Shown piece after piece: positions 47,801 through 57,402 of a stretch of 64,000 nt of DNA (positions within the stretch are counted from its first letter, which is position 1; each line of letters begins with the position of its first letter). The notes beneath the pieces are model-generated. The model was not told the origin of the DNA, ran no database searches, and was given only the letters and a program-made list of their open reading frames with translations. The position numbers and the translations under genes are program-made. Where the stretch lies: positions 1 through 64,000 of IMG/VR virus record IMGVR_UViG_3300008267_000027; one strand, written 5' to 3'. The DNA is from a virus.

Positions 47801-50800
47801 ACGGACCAGAAATAAAAGGTAGTATTCAAACTAGTAAAGAGGCTGCTTTTAAATATCATGAAGCTTTCCACGCAGTATTTAATTTGTTCTTAACTGATGA
47901 ACAAATAGATAACCTATTAACTTTAGCTAAATATGAAGTTAATAAAAAACTAAAGAGTGAAGGTAAAGTGCTATCTGAGGAAGTTGAAAAAATGAGAGAT
48001 GAGCATCCTAGTTATGCTGAAATGTCTACTGAAGAATTAACAGACAGATATTTAGAAGAGTATTTAGCAGATGACTTTGATACATTTAAGATGGATCAAT
48101 CTGCTCCTGGGATACTTGGTAAGATTAAACAAGTGTTTGCTAAGCTACTAGACTTTATTAATTCATTATTAGGAAGACAATCTGAATTAAAAACTTTCTA
48201 TAAAGAAATTGACAAGGGTAAGTTTGCTAATGCTAATGTTCAAAGTAATAGATTTACTAAAGACTTAGCATTAAACAATAATCCTGTTATTGAGAAATAC
48301 AAAATTAAATATGGATATAAGGCTATAGAAACTCTTAATGGAGAAACTATAATGACTCCTCAATATGTTACTGAATCAGATTCACAAAGAATCATAGGAG
48401 CTGTAGTTAATTCATTCTTACATCGTACTGCTAAAATGCCTGAGTATAATAAAGCTAGAGTACTTGATGGTATTTTAGAAGATATGATGAAACTATACCA
48501 AATAGGTCCAAAGTATAATAATCTATCTATAGATAAACTTAATAGACTTAGAATGTTCAGAGATATCTTTACTAGCTCAGAAGCTAAAGAAGATATTAAA
48601 AAGAATGCAAACGTGTTCTTAGATTTAATGGGATACACTCAAGATTTAGAAGATGATACAGAATATGAAAATGCTTTAGAAGATGAGGGTGAAAGAGCTA
48701 CAACAGAAAAGTTTGGTGAAAAATTTGCTCAAGGTGGTTTTAAATCATTCTCTAAATATGCTAGACAATATATTCAATCAACCACTTATGAAAAACAAGA
48801 TGAGTTTGGTAATCAGTATTTAGATGAACAAACTCAAGAACCATTAGCATTTGGTGTTAATGCTGGCGTTATTTATAATGGTATGGTTAAGTTGATGAGT
48901 GGCGTTACTACAGAAGAGAAGTTTATACAAAGACTTATACATTTTAAAAATGCTGCTAGTGAACAAACTGTAGCGTTTATAAATAAATTCTTAGAAGATA
49001 CAGGAATAAATGAAGAGTCTGATTACACCCCTGTTAAAAATAAGAGATTATTTAATGCAATCTATAAACCATTTACATTATTTAATGTAAGCTATAGAAG
49101 TTATTTAATTGATCCTAAAACTGGTAAGTCTAAGAGTATCCGTGCTAATATGAGAGATGCTGCTAGTAATCAGTATAATCAATGGCAAAACAACTTTAAT
49201 AGCAACTACCAAGACCAGTGGACTGAGAAAAAACAGAAAAGGGTATTAGAGTTGATGACCAGTATTAATGATGGTTTAAAAGGAGAGTTTGCAATAACAG
49301 AAGAAGAGTTTTTAGAAAAAGCAAAAGAACTAAAAGAACTTGAAAGACTTAGTGGTATTAAAATAGTATTTGAATATTATAAGTATTCAGCTTTAGCTAC
49401 TCTTAGAGAAAACAGTAAAAGAACTGCATCACCATTAACTAAAGAACAAATAGACTTTGTTAAATCATTTGAAGGTGTTCCTGTATTACTTTCAGAAGAT
49501 ATATCTGAAATAATGATTACTTTAGGTAAAAAAGAAAGTCCTTTTATTACGTTTGACGATGTTGTTGTAGATAATACACCAGCTGGTCAAGAAGAAGATA
49601 ATAACTATGATTCAGATGAAGATGAACCAGATGAAGTAGTTAGTGATGAGGACAAAGCTGATGATGCTGTTAAGTATGAAAAGCAGATGAATAAAGGAAA
49701 CAGGAGTAGACTTATGCGTATAGCAGAAGGTAACTCTATGTTTGATGAAACTGTTCTATCATCTTCTTGGTTGAACTCTGAATTTGAAACAGTATCTTCC
49801 CACCAATTGCCTAACTTTCATTTAGCTTATTTAGAAGATACAATTAAAAATCCAGCAGCTTTAGAAAAAAAGATAATGGAGGATCCATTCTTAATGGATA
49901 GTTATATAGGTCAAGAAATTCTAAATAATGGTGAGTTTAGACAAATGCTAAACAGACTTCGTATTGATCGTATAGATGGTATCACTGCTAGAAAACTTAC
50001 AGAACTTCAAGATGGAACTGTATTAGCTAATACTAAATTACAAGTTAACAAACGTGATGGTATTACCTATGGTAAATTTCAAGATAGAGAATTCTTATTA
50101 ACAAACATGTTAATGTATCTTGAAGATAATGAAGTTATACGTAAAGCAGGTGGTGAAGAAATAGTAGCTAGTAGACATCTTATTCGTGTAATTGAATCTA
50201 AGAATACAGGGGATACTATTAACATGCCTGTTATCAGTGCAGTAGTTGGTAAAGGAAATAAACTAAGACTATCTGAAGAAGCAGAAAAAATTTGGATGCA
50301 AGAGTTTATGGCTGAGTTTAACAGAATAAACAGAGTGTGGAGTGAAAGAAATAATCCTGAAAGAGATATCATAGATAATTATAATGACTTTGATAATCCT
50401 AATAGTCAAATGAGAGGTGTTAAGTTTAGAACCTTTGAAGACTTTTTAGGACCTAAGATGGAGGAGTATAGAGCAATAGCTATGAGTGATAATCCTGTCT
50501 TAAATGCAAGACAGAAAGATCAGCTTGTAAAAATATTTAATGAATACTTATTAGGTGATGAAGAAAATGGTGGAATGGTTGATGAGTTTATTTATATGCT
50601 AGATGATGCTGGTATTATTAAAGTGATGCCTGGTGGTAAGATTATGAATAAAATGTTACCTGCAGAGATATACGGTGTAAAAATGAAGAACCCTACAGAT
50701 AGGATGAATAAACTGTTTTTAGGTACTGACTTCAAAGCTAATCTTGCTCAGATCTTTATTAATGATTATTTGAATACAATCTCAATTAATAAATTATACT

Positions 50801-53800
50801 ATGGTGATCAGGCAATGAGTCTTATTGATTTTGTTGACTCTGTTAAACGTGCTGCTGGTGCTGCAGGTTCTGGACACCATATGGCTACAAGTTTGATAGA
50901 TGAAAGTCTTGGTATAAATCATTCTCATCAGAATTCTCATGCTATCACTCATATTGATCCTATATATGAAGGAAAGTATTCTAAATCTAAAAAACAAAAG
51001 TGGTCAGATGGTCAAACTTGGAGTACTGTAAAAACAGCTAGGTATAATGCTTTTGGTTTAGGTAGACTTGATGAATACAAAGCTCAGATATTTGATAAGC
51101 TAGAAAGAGGTGTTCCTCTCACTGCAGAAGAAATCTTTGGTATAAATGGTACTATTGAAAACAATGCTCAGCTTAAGGTTGAGAAACTTGTATACTTTGA
51201 TGGTAAACAATATATCAAAACCTCTGTATTCTTCTTAACAAAAGAACTCACTTCTCAACTTAAACTATCTGCTAAAAGAAAAATTGATGCTTTATTAGCT
51301 AAAGCAGCTGAGAGTAAACTTACTGAGAAAGAGTATTTAGAAGAAGCATATGCTTTACAGAGAGATAACAATAACTGGATAGCTCGTCCTGGTCGTGAAA
51401 TACTTCATAACAAAAGAGTTGAGATGGAGAAGTTTCAGGATGAAAATGCTACCACTGTATATTCTTTCCCTGCGTCAGCTTCTAAAATGATGAAGAGAAA
51501 TGTCTCTCAGTCATTAGAAGACTTTGCTGTTTCACAAAAACAAGCTTATAAACTTGATAATAGATACATGCGTTTACAGTTGGAGAATACTACCAATAAG
51601 AAAGGTGGTATTAATGATTCTACTCAGATGCAAAATATCATTGATGCTGAACAAAACCCTAACACTAAAGTAACATATAAAGGTGAATCAGGAGTTAAGG
51701 TTAAAGATGTTATTAAAGATTACCAAGAAGCTCTAGCTCAAAAAGCTAAGGTATCATATCTCTTAGCTCGTAATAGTATTTTCTCTTTTGAAGATGCATC
51801 TAAAGAGTTTGAAGTTTCTGTAAAAGGTGGTGAGGTAACTCCTAAGCTTGCTAAGTTTCAGAAGAAGGCTATTGAAAACTTGAAAAAGAGTGGTGCATCT
51901 CAACAACTTCTTGAGTTCTTTGAACTGCAAAAAGATCCTGAAACAGGAGAAGAGACTCCATCATATGACCTTAATAGTCCATATACTAGAAAAAAGTATG
52001 AGCAGTTATTCTTAGCATACTTTAGAAAAGATGTTTTACAACAGCGTACTCCTGGTCAAGCCCTTACATTAACATCAGACTGGGGAGCTTACCCATTAAA
52101 GAGAGCTAAAAGAATTTTAGATGGTAAGGTGGTTGAATGGGAAGTTGTAAGAGTGGATCAACAAGAGGTTAGTGGTAAAGAGTACAGACCTATGTCTGAC
52201 AGAGAAAAACTAGAGAATAAAGTTAGTATAGAAGAAGGTCAACTTACTGATGAAGAAAGATATGAAATGTTTGTACGTGGAGAAAAAATTCCTAGTGGAG
52301 TAGATGACTATGAGTTTTTCCATAAGAGCATAGATGATGTTACAGAAGTTGGTCAACTGTTTACTGACAGATTACGTCACAACTGGCCTGTATATGATGA
52401 AGCAGGAAACGTCACAGGATATAAGAGTGAGTTTATGATGCCTCATCATTTTAAAGAGAGTATGGAAATTGGTCCAGATAATGAACTTCCTCAAGACATT
52501 CTTGAAGCATTTGCTGCTCGTATCCCAGGTCAGGATAAACACTCTGCTGCTAGTTTAGATCTTGTAGACTTCCTACCTGCACACTATGGTTCAATGACAA
52601 TGCTTCCTAGAGAAGTAGCAGAGATCTCAGGTGCGGATAATGACGTGGATAAGGCATATACACAGTTCTCTGATTTTTATGTAAAAAGAGACAGAGAAGG
52701 AAACCCTGAGTTTATAAAATATGGTACTGCAGTTGAAGATGCTGATAGATTTGTAGAGTTTTTCTTATGGAACATTGCTAATAATAAAAATCTAAACAGT
52801 GAAATTAGAGATATAAAAGAGGGTGATGAAAACTATAAGAAAATAAAAACTCTATTAGATAAACTCTATATAGCAAAAGAACACATCTTAAATTATAAAA
52901 AAGCTGGTCAAGAGTATTTAGAAGAGCTTCATCAAGTGGATAGAGCTATTACGTTTATGTCTAAAGTAGATAACTTAGATGAAACCTCTGATGCTTTAGA
53001 AGAAGATTATATACTAGCTGAATATAATAAAGTAAGAGGTCGTGCTGCTGAATTTGTTAAAGAAAGAATTTTAAAACTAGATGATTTAATTTCTGATATA
53101 ACAAGAGAAGTTAGAAGATCAGGTAGTAATATATCTGTGGTTAAAAACAGAATAAATGAGGTTAAGCGTGAAAAACTTTTAATAGAAAGAGTTATTCAGA
53201 TGGAAGCTATGGAGAATTTAAATCTTCCAACTGATGTTGAACAATTCTTAGACTTTGAAGATAACCTAAATGGTGAAGTTAATATTGGATCACTTAACAA
53301 TACTATACTTGAAGCTAAAAGAGTTCTACTTACTAATGATTACATGCAAGAAGATGACAGAGCATTTGAGGTAGCTGATCAGGGTGTTCTTGAAGATCTT
53401 GAAAAAGATAAAGATATTGCTCCATATACAACTCCAGATAGCACAATTGATAATGATAATTATGTAGGTAAAACTTTAGCACAGCGTAATAACAAAGAAG
53501 GTTCTAGAAACATTGGTTCTGTGGTAAATGGTCAGATGTCTAATTTATTCTTAATGAAGAATAATGTTAAATTTAGACGTAAAGATGCAGATAAAGCAAA
53601 TCAAGTTTACATACTTTCTATTGATGGTACTGAGTTTGATACCTATGCTAATGAGCGTAAAGCACTGATTACAGATGACTATGAAGTTGTACCTAACTTT
53701 AAGAGTAAGAAAACTAGACGTGTAATGAATGCTGGTTCTGGATATGTATCAGTAATGACGGATAATGCTAAAGATAGACGTTCTGCTAAGTTTAACCTTA

Positions 53801-56800
53801 ATATTAATGCAGCAGCTATAGCAATGGATTTAAATGGTAGAGGAATCCCTGATAAACTTATAGCAGCATTAATGTTGAATAGAAATGTTAAAGCATATTA
53901 TAATAAACTTAAGGATGAGAAGTATGCTATCAATCAAAGTGAACAAAGAACATCTAAGAAAAAGATAGCTGCTGAAATGATGGAGTCTTTAATTAAAAAA
54001 GCAGGTGGTGATAAAGCTGAGATTAAACCTTTAACAGCAAGGATGATTTTAGATGGTATTAGTAATCCTACGCCTGAAACAGACTTGTCTATATTTCATC
54101 ACTTTTTAAATATAGAAAAACAATCTAAAGCTCATGGTGTACTTGCTCAGATTCTTAAATTGACCAAAGGACCTACTGCTGATATGAATGATTGGGATAG
54201 TTTGATAGCTGATGCTTATACTTATCTAGGTGTGGGTATGACAAATGAACAGTTTGAAAAGTCTGATATACCATTTGATGTTAGAAAATTGGTATTAGAA
54301 TCAAGTCCTGTTATAGCAATGTATTGGAAGATTAATTCTCAAATACATGATGAAATAGGAAAAACTGTTTTGATATCACGATCTAAAATATTTAAGGCTG
54401 CTAAGAATGCAATATTAGGTCAGATGCGTATCCAGTATTCTTTAGCTGAAAAAGTGGAGTCAAAACTAGAGAACACTCTTATAATGTATTTTGCTTTAAG
54501 AGGTTATATAAAAACTCTTAGAACATATGATGATGAGCTTCTAACCGTATTAGATAACAATCTAGTGTATGGTACACACAAAGGTTCTGAAAATATAACA
54601 GATATAATTAAAGAAGCTAGAAGAAATAATCCTGATAACTACTTGATTAATAAGTATTTAAGATTAACACCTAAAACAGTAATGCAGGGTGGTAAAGAGA
54701 TTATTAATAAGGACAATAAGAAAAAGATTCATACACTTGAGCCTTCTACATATGGAGTGTTAGATGATTATATGATGCAAAAGATCCATGATAGTTTTAT
54801 GGATTTATATGAGAAGGATAGAAAAGCAGCACTCTCTATATTTGCTTATAGTATTATTAAAGATGCTACACTCTTTTCTCCTAATGGTATCATGCATATT
54901 TTCCCACCACACTTGTTTAAAGAATTGATGGGAGATGTAATGTTTAATGTAGGTACTATATTTAAGAAAGATAATCTTGAAGAGTATTTATCTCAGGGTA
55001 AAAAAGCTAGAGATTTTGCAAACTTATTTGATGGTACATTTAAAGAAGTTGTTGCAGACTTTATGGAAGGATACTTGAGACACGTTGAAACAAAATATCA
55101 TTTAAAGACTTTCAATGTGTCATCTCCTGAAGTAACCGATAAAAAAAATAAGAAGAAAGAAGAAGAAGAAAAAGATTTACCTATTAGATTTACTGTGGAT
55201 GAGGTTGGTAAGTTAGATAGAAATCAAATAATAGTTGATTTGTTTACTAATGTTAAACCTACAAAAGTTAAATATAAAAAGAAAGCTGAAGAAGATCCAG
55301 ATTCTGATGAAGAGTCAAATGTAGAAGAATCTTCAAAAGCAAAATATAAATTAGATGCTAAAGCTAAAAAACAGCTTGGAGATAATATCAAAGCTTTAAA
55401 AAAATTCCCTTATAGTTTATTTGTAACAAATGATGATCAGGGTAATATTGGTTTACAACTTCCTTATTCTTTTAAAGTAAAAACAAGAAAGGGATTTGAT
55501 GTTTATGTTCTTCAAAATATAACTAAGATATCAGATCAAGATAAGATGGAGAATGCAAGACTTGCTGATGTTCTTACAGATAATTTTAATATTGTTGCAC
55601 CAAGGGCTATATACAAACTTGTAGAAGCTGAAGGTGCATACGGTACCACTCCTATAGGTAGAGTTTTTGGTGAGGTTCCTACATACAGCAGTATTAATGA
55701 TCCAGAACTTATAGCAGCTGAAAAGAAAGCTCTAGAAGAAACTCCTACTGAAGAAGTAGAAGAAGATGATGAAGAGTCTGATTTAGATGTAAGTAGTCCT
55801 GATAAACCTTTAAAAAGACCATCTAATGTAGATGAAGAAGAAGAACCTATGGCTCAAAAAAGAGATATATCTTTTTTGAAATCTAAAGGAATATCAGTAT
55901 CTTTGAAAGGGGGTGAGTATATTTATAAAAAGAATGGTAAAGTTTATGAGTTTAACGGATCTCCTAGAGAACTTGCTGACTTTTTTGATGAAGATGGTAA
56001 ACTAAATGAAAAAATATCTGGTAAAAAAGTAGCAGGTGGAAAAGAACTAAAGTCTTCTAAGAAAAAGTTTTATGATCCTGCTTACTTTCCAGGTGGTAAA
56101 AAAGGTAAAAGAACTGGATACATTCCTACTGTAAGTAAATTACAAAAGATTGAAGATGATGAAATCACTCAAAAAATGGTTGATAAACTTTTAGAGCAAG
56201 ATGACATATCTACAATTACTCATTATGATGGTAAGAAGTTTGTTAAATACATTGGCAGTAAGTTCAATCAATATGGTATATATAAAACTAAGGTTGAGGG
56301 AATGAGTGCTATTAATTTAATCAGATCTGGTATTAAAACAGAAATTAATATTGGAGTTAAAGAACATATCAGAGATATTAATGAGCTGTTTGTTATGGAG
56401 GATACTGAGCAAAACTCACCTACATTTGGAGAACAAGTTCTTTTACGTGCAGTGACAGCTCCTTATAAATCAAATAAGAAAAGCTTTAATGCACATCAAG
56501 GTTGGGACAGCTCTGTATGGGAAAACAGAAAAGATATGATTAAAAAATACAATGAGCTTTCTTTTAGATTTGAATATGTTGGTGATATAGTTGATGGCGA
56601 ATTGGTATTACCTGAAGGAACTCCTGTAAAGACAAAAGAGAAAAAGACCACCACTCCTTCTAAAACTGAACAGACTAAAAAACCTGTACCAAGTGCATTT
56701 AAGAAAGATACATATGAACCAGAGGCTGGGTCTATTCAAGAGACTATCACAAACAGACTTGAAGAAACAATGTCTGAGTCAGCTAGAGAAGCAGGGTATC

Positions 56801-57396
56801 TTAAAAAAGAAGAGTATAAATCTAAAAGAGCTACACAGTTTATTGGTAAAGGTGCCTTTAATAAAAATGATGAACCTAGTAGTACAGAGAGATACCGTGA
56901 ATTGTATGCTGAATATGATTTAGCTAACACTGGAGATTATACATCTGATGATATAATTTGGGTTTCTGTTAATGGTAATAGAGCTGGTAGAGTTAAAGCT
57001 ATAGTAGATGGTAAGCTTCAGGGTGAGTATAAGAATATTGATACAGCAATGAAAGCAGGGGCTTCTATTATAATGGATACAGCTGAACACTTAGCATCTA
57101 ATAAGTATAACATTGGTGAAAAAGAAGTTTCAGAGTATCTTTCAGATAATGGATACACCAGAGATGATAAGACTGGAATATGGACTCCAAAGTCTAAAAT
57201 GAAAAAAACAGAAGAACCTCCAGCACCTGTTAAAAAATTCTCATTGGGTCTTGGTAAATTAAAGATTGATGTTAAAGCTTTAAGAGAGCAGGCAGCTACA
57301 GAGTTTGTTTCAGATGAAGAGCTTAATAAAGAAAAGTTTGAACCAGGTACTGAAGAAGAAGCTAGAAAAATAGATTGTAGTAAAAAGAAAAAATAA
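41872..57396 (+). CDS. Giant virion-packaged DNA-dependent RNA polymerase protein with zincin-like domain
   Basis: 5174 aa; ARIPGQDKHS...ISGADNDVDKAY (DxDxD at 52636-52650); YHEAFH...EEYLAD (47857); N-terminal hydrophobic Ala/Gly segments. Confidence 0.8.
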   Translation: MADNQNLSDNLVPSTESSLLNYGPDLLPVNDLPKVPSYETPAISMQDGADPFADLYTDFDKKFNQTLAKTDYAKQGAVTEFPAEKMQFEKWYQSWDYSDKGFIPWRDNQDVYDSDTNTFKELYRATHYMGPLFFDGFMSGLRTIPDLTEGLFTGNWDAFFNVDEIGAIKQERAYRMGTSTAGGLSTFATGLGIAASNMAGTLIEAQAETALLAFITAESGGATAEVTLPAIGMKWTKVGATIANGFKNISNATKIFKDADKMRDAYRSFKLGEATWTATKGLGKFLNPASNMVEYGVKLYKGEEAFSATKGFGAFFRDFQEMKFALGEAKLEGGTGELQLRDELVNDYMSKNDGRLPDYDTSIKIGEVAKLNGDAITKTNLPVIYYSNRIGFGNLFKGVPGLNKLMAESESSMFKYVDFDTFKDEFVKNIGGTSFKKAYRSGIAGLANYTKANFMEGIQESLQDVISSSSTEYYKKQFFNPSYGGLQVIKGDILNAFGQQVSGQGLSTFLGGFVMGAIPGSVMGGAARAQGLYYRLTNKEGWAEFKAKREAMVDDYVAQLNQVYKDPLKFFDFEMINAGRQGEFAKFMSQATLNKNDKSFYDIKNEQAFEHLYTVLRSGKLELFKDRINTISKLKDEELKEALGFDVEDPNVLRQRIQDINKKIDYIQKRYEISQEKLKNPINLNGLKKDTPEYANAALQFIAFEDARKQAIFAGYSFDRNAERMASILKDINDVKVLSKTSFLDFNILTNPSFYNKEIELLQKEITENKKSDDPSIKELAKQKQLRLDALKKWKSAMISKGAYPFITKNVVDPVTGKKVKQQEVNPQHEAFRTKAQEAFINYAEREGELVDDSVLKDGVNEAFTKFMDYHALYQEQPNLMKSVNIMADPQSFLNLYESHLDEIKKIYSDRDNILRESIQKALSITDENNLINELAKLGFVVDPKDPNKYYKVSGDTFELVKKGSKEEKTINTFIEDYKKATEKKAKEKEAAKKKDEGEKGKKEEGKKPTPPVKKKTEEETKEEEPEEEDLPEEETEMVEEGTYDPEATYINDYFKIPLRKINYKIKWADNGQIAYATWSFVGSKEAPNVERSVNTIQDLEEILRLKTLMDYLTKVQKVYKVEITDTEVLTYGRPGSKQQSKEYKYTGVIPAIFSKTEEVPFFYDLLSEDAKYDFDNDFFTEEITDLEDKNKKDFEEIRVLVKSGINDVLDSVRKAIADKTAAMKEVRTVDQKFITSSTNMVKIFTMKDETRENMQKAVFSMSKDEIKSKMTGKIEKIKPGAPEVVFDKTRNKVRLRVLRQSPAVASTILVDGKAIGYPTYPDVYTFEIDGVIKTANELTKKEFYLFAQDTVSYEDYMANYNTSMSVYNAFADLLDDNKSVQVTNEDLQKIFDITPVFGDYAFTKNKITLSKLEKNGTKLIGVIDKNNVAEAIVPGKSLTEVANNRAIINNYINTLETDSATGEIKKFTNQGRYIAVYTLPNGKPAFVEVTSANLEEDGLDTVFSDIAERLQKTYNENVVADKSGKIEEVKNKNFNRGFDTFTEESGRMPFYIAIPQNPQKPDALSYNITLTVTANGSLVVQFVNTQSKDKEYHKAYVEVKYDEKGNPDIEDFNDMLSKVNAEIVNYNGDNKEADLPILKAEYFKESIPKAAKFSDMAEQVTNVSENIFQNTHMIFTPASELTPDVDAASRKTGKKTTIKSSTTEDPLLPVLSIDVLKDLKQAILDAKNITDLEDMFEEAMTPSSEADFEAWVNVKENIEFIQNDPSILAKIQSAKSQKELQEISLRYSLLAYLDAKIKEIEGAQPAEPPKKKRGGLGLSGIKVDKNKLRQQAASENVEDKDTEEEKNSGKIATTSDNKTAQEINDQYLQDKAELESKFVKNSVVTDAVEYDKAITELEKQFKKDIESLKPKRVPRLKIVDRAEFDDVSVEDIDKFRLWMKKTLPTIDVDADMVAENLVNNRVVVGRFLAYVKMTANGPEIKGSIQTSKEAAFKYHEAFHAVFNLFLTDEQIDNLLTLAKYEVNKKLKSEGKVLSEEVEKMRDEHPSYAEMSTEELTDRYLEEYLADDFDTFKMDQSAPGILGKIKQVFAKLLDFINSLLGRQSELKTFYKEIDKGKFANANVQSNRFTKDLALNNNPVIEKYKIKYGYKAIETLNGETIMTPQYVTESDSQRIIGAVVNSFLHRTAKMPEYNKARVLDGILEDMMKLYQIGPKYNNLSIDKLNRLRMFRDIFTSSEAKEDIKKNANVFLDLMGYTQDLEDDTEYENALEDEGERATTEKFGEKFAQGGFKSFSKYARQYIQSTTYEKQDEFGNQYLDEQTQEPLAFGVNAGVIYNGMVKLMSGVTTEEKFIQRLIHFKNAASEQTVAFINKFLEDTGINEESDYTPVKNKRLFNAIYKPFTLFNVSYRSYLIDPKTGKSKSIRANMRDAASNQYNQWQNNFNSNYQDQWTEKKQKRVLELMTSINDGLKGEFAITEEEFLEKAKELKELERLSGIKIVFEYYKYSALATLRENSKRTASPLTKEQIDFVKSFEGVPVLLSEDISEIMITLGKKESPFITFDDVVVDNTPAGQEEDNNYDSDEDEPDEVVSDEDKADDAVKYEKQMNKGNRSRLMRIAEGNSMFDETVLSSSWLNSEFETVSSHQLPNFHLAYLEDTIKNPAALEKKIMEDPFLMDSYIGQEILNNGEFRQMLNRLRIDRIDGITARKLTELQDGTVLANTKLQVNKRDGITYGKFQDREFLLTNMLMYLEDNEVIRKAGGEEIVASRHLIRVIESKNTGDTINMPVISAVVGKGNKLRLSEEAEKIWMQEFMAEFNRINRVWSERNNPERDIIDNYNDFDNPNSQMRGVKFRTFEDFLGPKMEEYRAIAMSDNPVLNARQKDQLVKIFNEYLLGDEENGGMVDEFIYMLDDAGIIKVMPGGKIMNKMLPAEIYGVKMKNPTDRMNKLFLGTDFKANLAQIFINDYLNTISINKLYYGDQAMSLIDFVDSVKRAAGAAGSGHHMATSLIDESLGINHSHQNSHAITHIDPIYEGKYSKSKKQKWSDGQTWSTVKTARYNAFGLGRLDEYKAQIFDKLERGVPLTAEEIFGINGTIENNAQLKVEKLVYFDGKQYIKTSVFFLTKELTSQLKLSAKRKIDALLAKAAESKLTEKEYLEEAYALQRDNNNWIARPGREILHNKRVEMEKFQDENATTVYSFPASASKMMKRNVSQSLEDFAVSQKQAYKLDNRYMRLQLENTTNKKGGINDSTQMQNIIDAEQNPNTKVTYKGESGVKVKDVIKDYQEALAQKAKVSYLLARNSIFSFEDASKEFEVSVKGGEVTPKLAKFQKKAIENLKKSGASQQLLEFFELQKDPETGEETPSYDLNSPYTRKKYEQLFLAYFRKDVLQQRTPGQALTLTSDWGAYPLKRAKRILDGKVVEWEVVRVDQQEVSGKEYRPMSDREKLENKVSIEEGQLTDEERYEMFVRGEKIPSGVDDYEFFHKSIDDVTEVGQLFTDRLRHNWPVYDEAGNVTGYKSEFMMPHHFKESMEIGPDNELPQDILEAFAARIPGQDKHSAASLDLVDFLPAHYGSMTMLPREVAEISGADNDVDKAYTQFSDFYVKRDREGNPEFIKYGTAVEDADRFVEFFLWNIANNKNLNSEIRDIKEGDENYKKIKTLLDKLYIAKEHILNYKKAGQEYLEELHQVDRAITFMSKVDNLDETSDALEEDYILAEYNKVRGRAAEFVKERILKLDDLISDITREVRRSGSNISVVKNRINEVKREKLLIERVIQMEAMENLNLPTDVEQFLDFEDNLNGEVNIGSLNNTILEAKRVLLTNDYMQEDDRAFEVADQGVLEDLEKDKDIAPYTTPDSTIDNDNYVGKTLAQRNNKEGSRNIGSVVNGQMSNLFLMKNNVKFRRKDADKANQVYILSIDGTEFDTYANERKALITDDYEVVPNFKSKKTRRVMNAGSGYVSVMTDNAKDRRSAKFNLNINAAAIAMDLNGRGIPDKLIAALMLNRNVKAYYNKLKDEKYAINQSEQRTSKKKIAAEMMESLIKKAGGDKAEIKPLTARMILDGISNPTPETDLSIFHHFLNIEKQSKAHGVLAQILKLTKGPTADMNDWDSLIADAYTYLGVGMTNEQFEKSDIPFDVRKLVLESSPVIAMYWKINSQIHDEIGKTVLISRSKIFKAAKNAILGQMRIQYSLAEKVESKLENTLIMYFALRGYIKTLRTYDDELLTVLDNNLVYGTHKGSENITDIIKEARRNNPDNYLINKYLRLTPKTVMQGGKEIINKDNKKKIHTLEPSTYGVLDDYMMQKIHDSFMDLYEKDRKAALSIFAYSIIKDATLFSPNGIMHIFPPHLFKELMGDVMFNVGTIFKKDNLEEYLSQGKKARDFANLFDGTFKEVVADFMEGYLRHVETKYHLKTFNVSSPEVTDKKNKKKEEEEKDLPIRFTVDEVGKLDRNQIIVDLFTNVKPTKVKYKKKAEEDPDSDEESNVEESSKAKYKLDAKAKKQLGDNIKALKKFPYSLFVTNDDQGNIGLQLPYSFKVKTRKGFDVYVLQNITKISDQDKMENARLADVLTDNFNIVAPRAIYKLVEAEGAYGTTPIGRVFGEVPTYSSINDPELIAAEKKALEETPTEEVEEDDEESDLDVSSPDKPLKRPSNVDEEEEPMAQKRDISFLKSKGISVSLKGGEYIYKKNGKVYEFNGSPRELADFFDEDGKLNEKISGKKVAGGKELKSSKKKFYDPAYFPGGKKGKRTGYIPTVSKLQKIEDDEITQKMVDKLLEQDDISTITHYDGKKFVKYIGSKFNQYGIYKTKVEGMSAINLIRSGIKTEINIGVKEHIRDINELFVMEDTEQNSPTFGEQVLLRAVTAPYKSNKKSFNAHQGWDSSVWENRKDMIKKYNELSFRFEYVGDIVDGELVLPEGTPVKTKEKKTTTPSKTEQTKKPVPSAFKKDTYEPEAGSIQETITNRLEETMSESAREAGYLKKEEYKSKRATQFIGKGAFNKNDEPSSTERYRELYAEYDLANTGDYTSDDIIWVSVNGNRAGRVKAIVDGKLQGEYKNIDTAMKAGASIIMDTAEHLASNKYNIGEKEVSEYLSDNGYTRDDKTGIWTPKSKMKKTEEPPAPVKKFSLGLGKLKIDVKALREQAATEFVSDEELNKEKFEPGTEEEARKIDCSKKKK

Positions 57397-57402
57397 TATA
57401 TA

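Noticed and set aside
56300-57190. ASCH-like and nucleotide-binding-like accessory domains at the RNAP C-terminus
   Set aside because: Resemblance is too degenerate to name a family without a profile search
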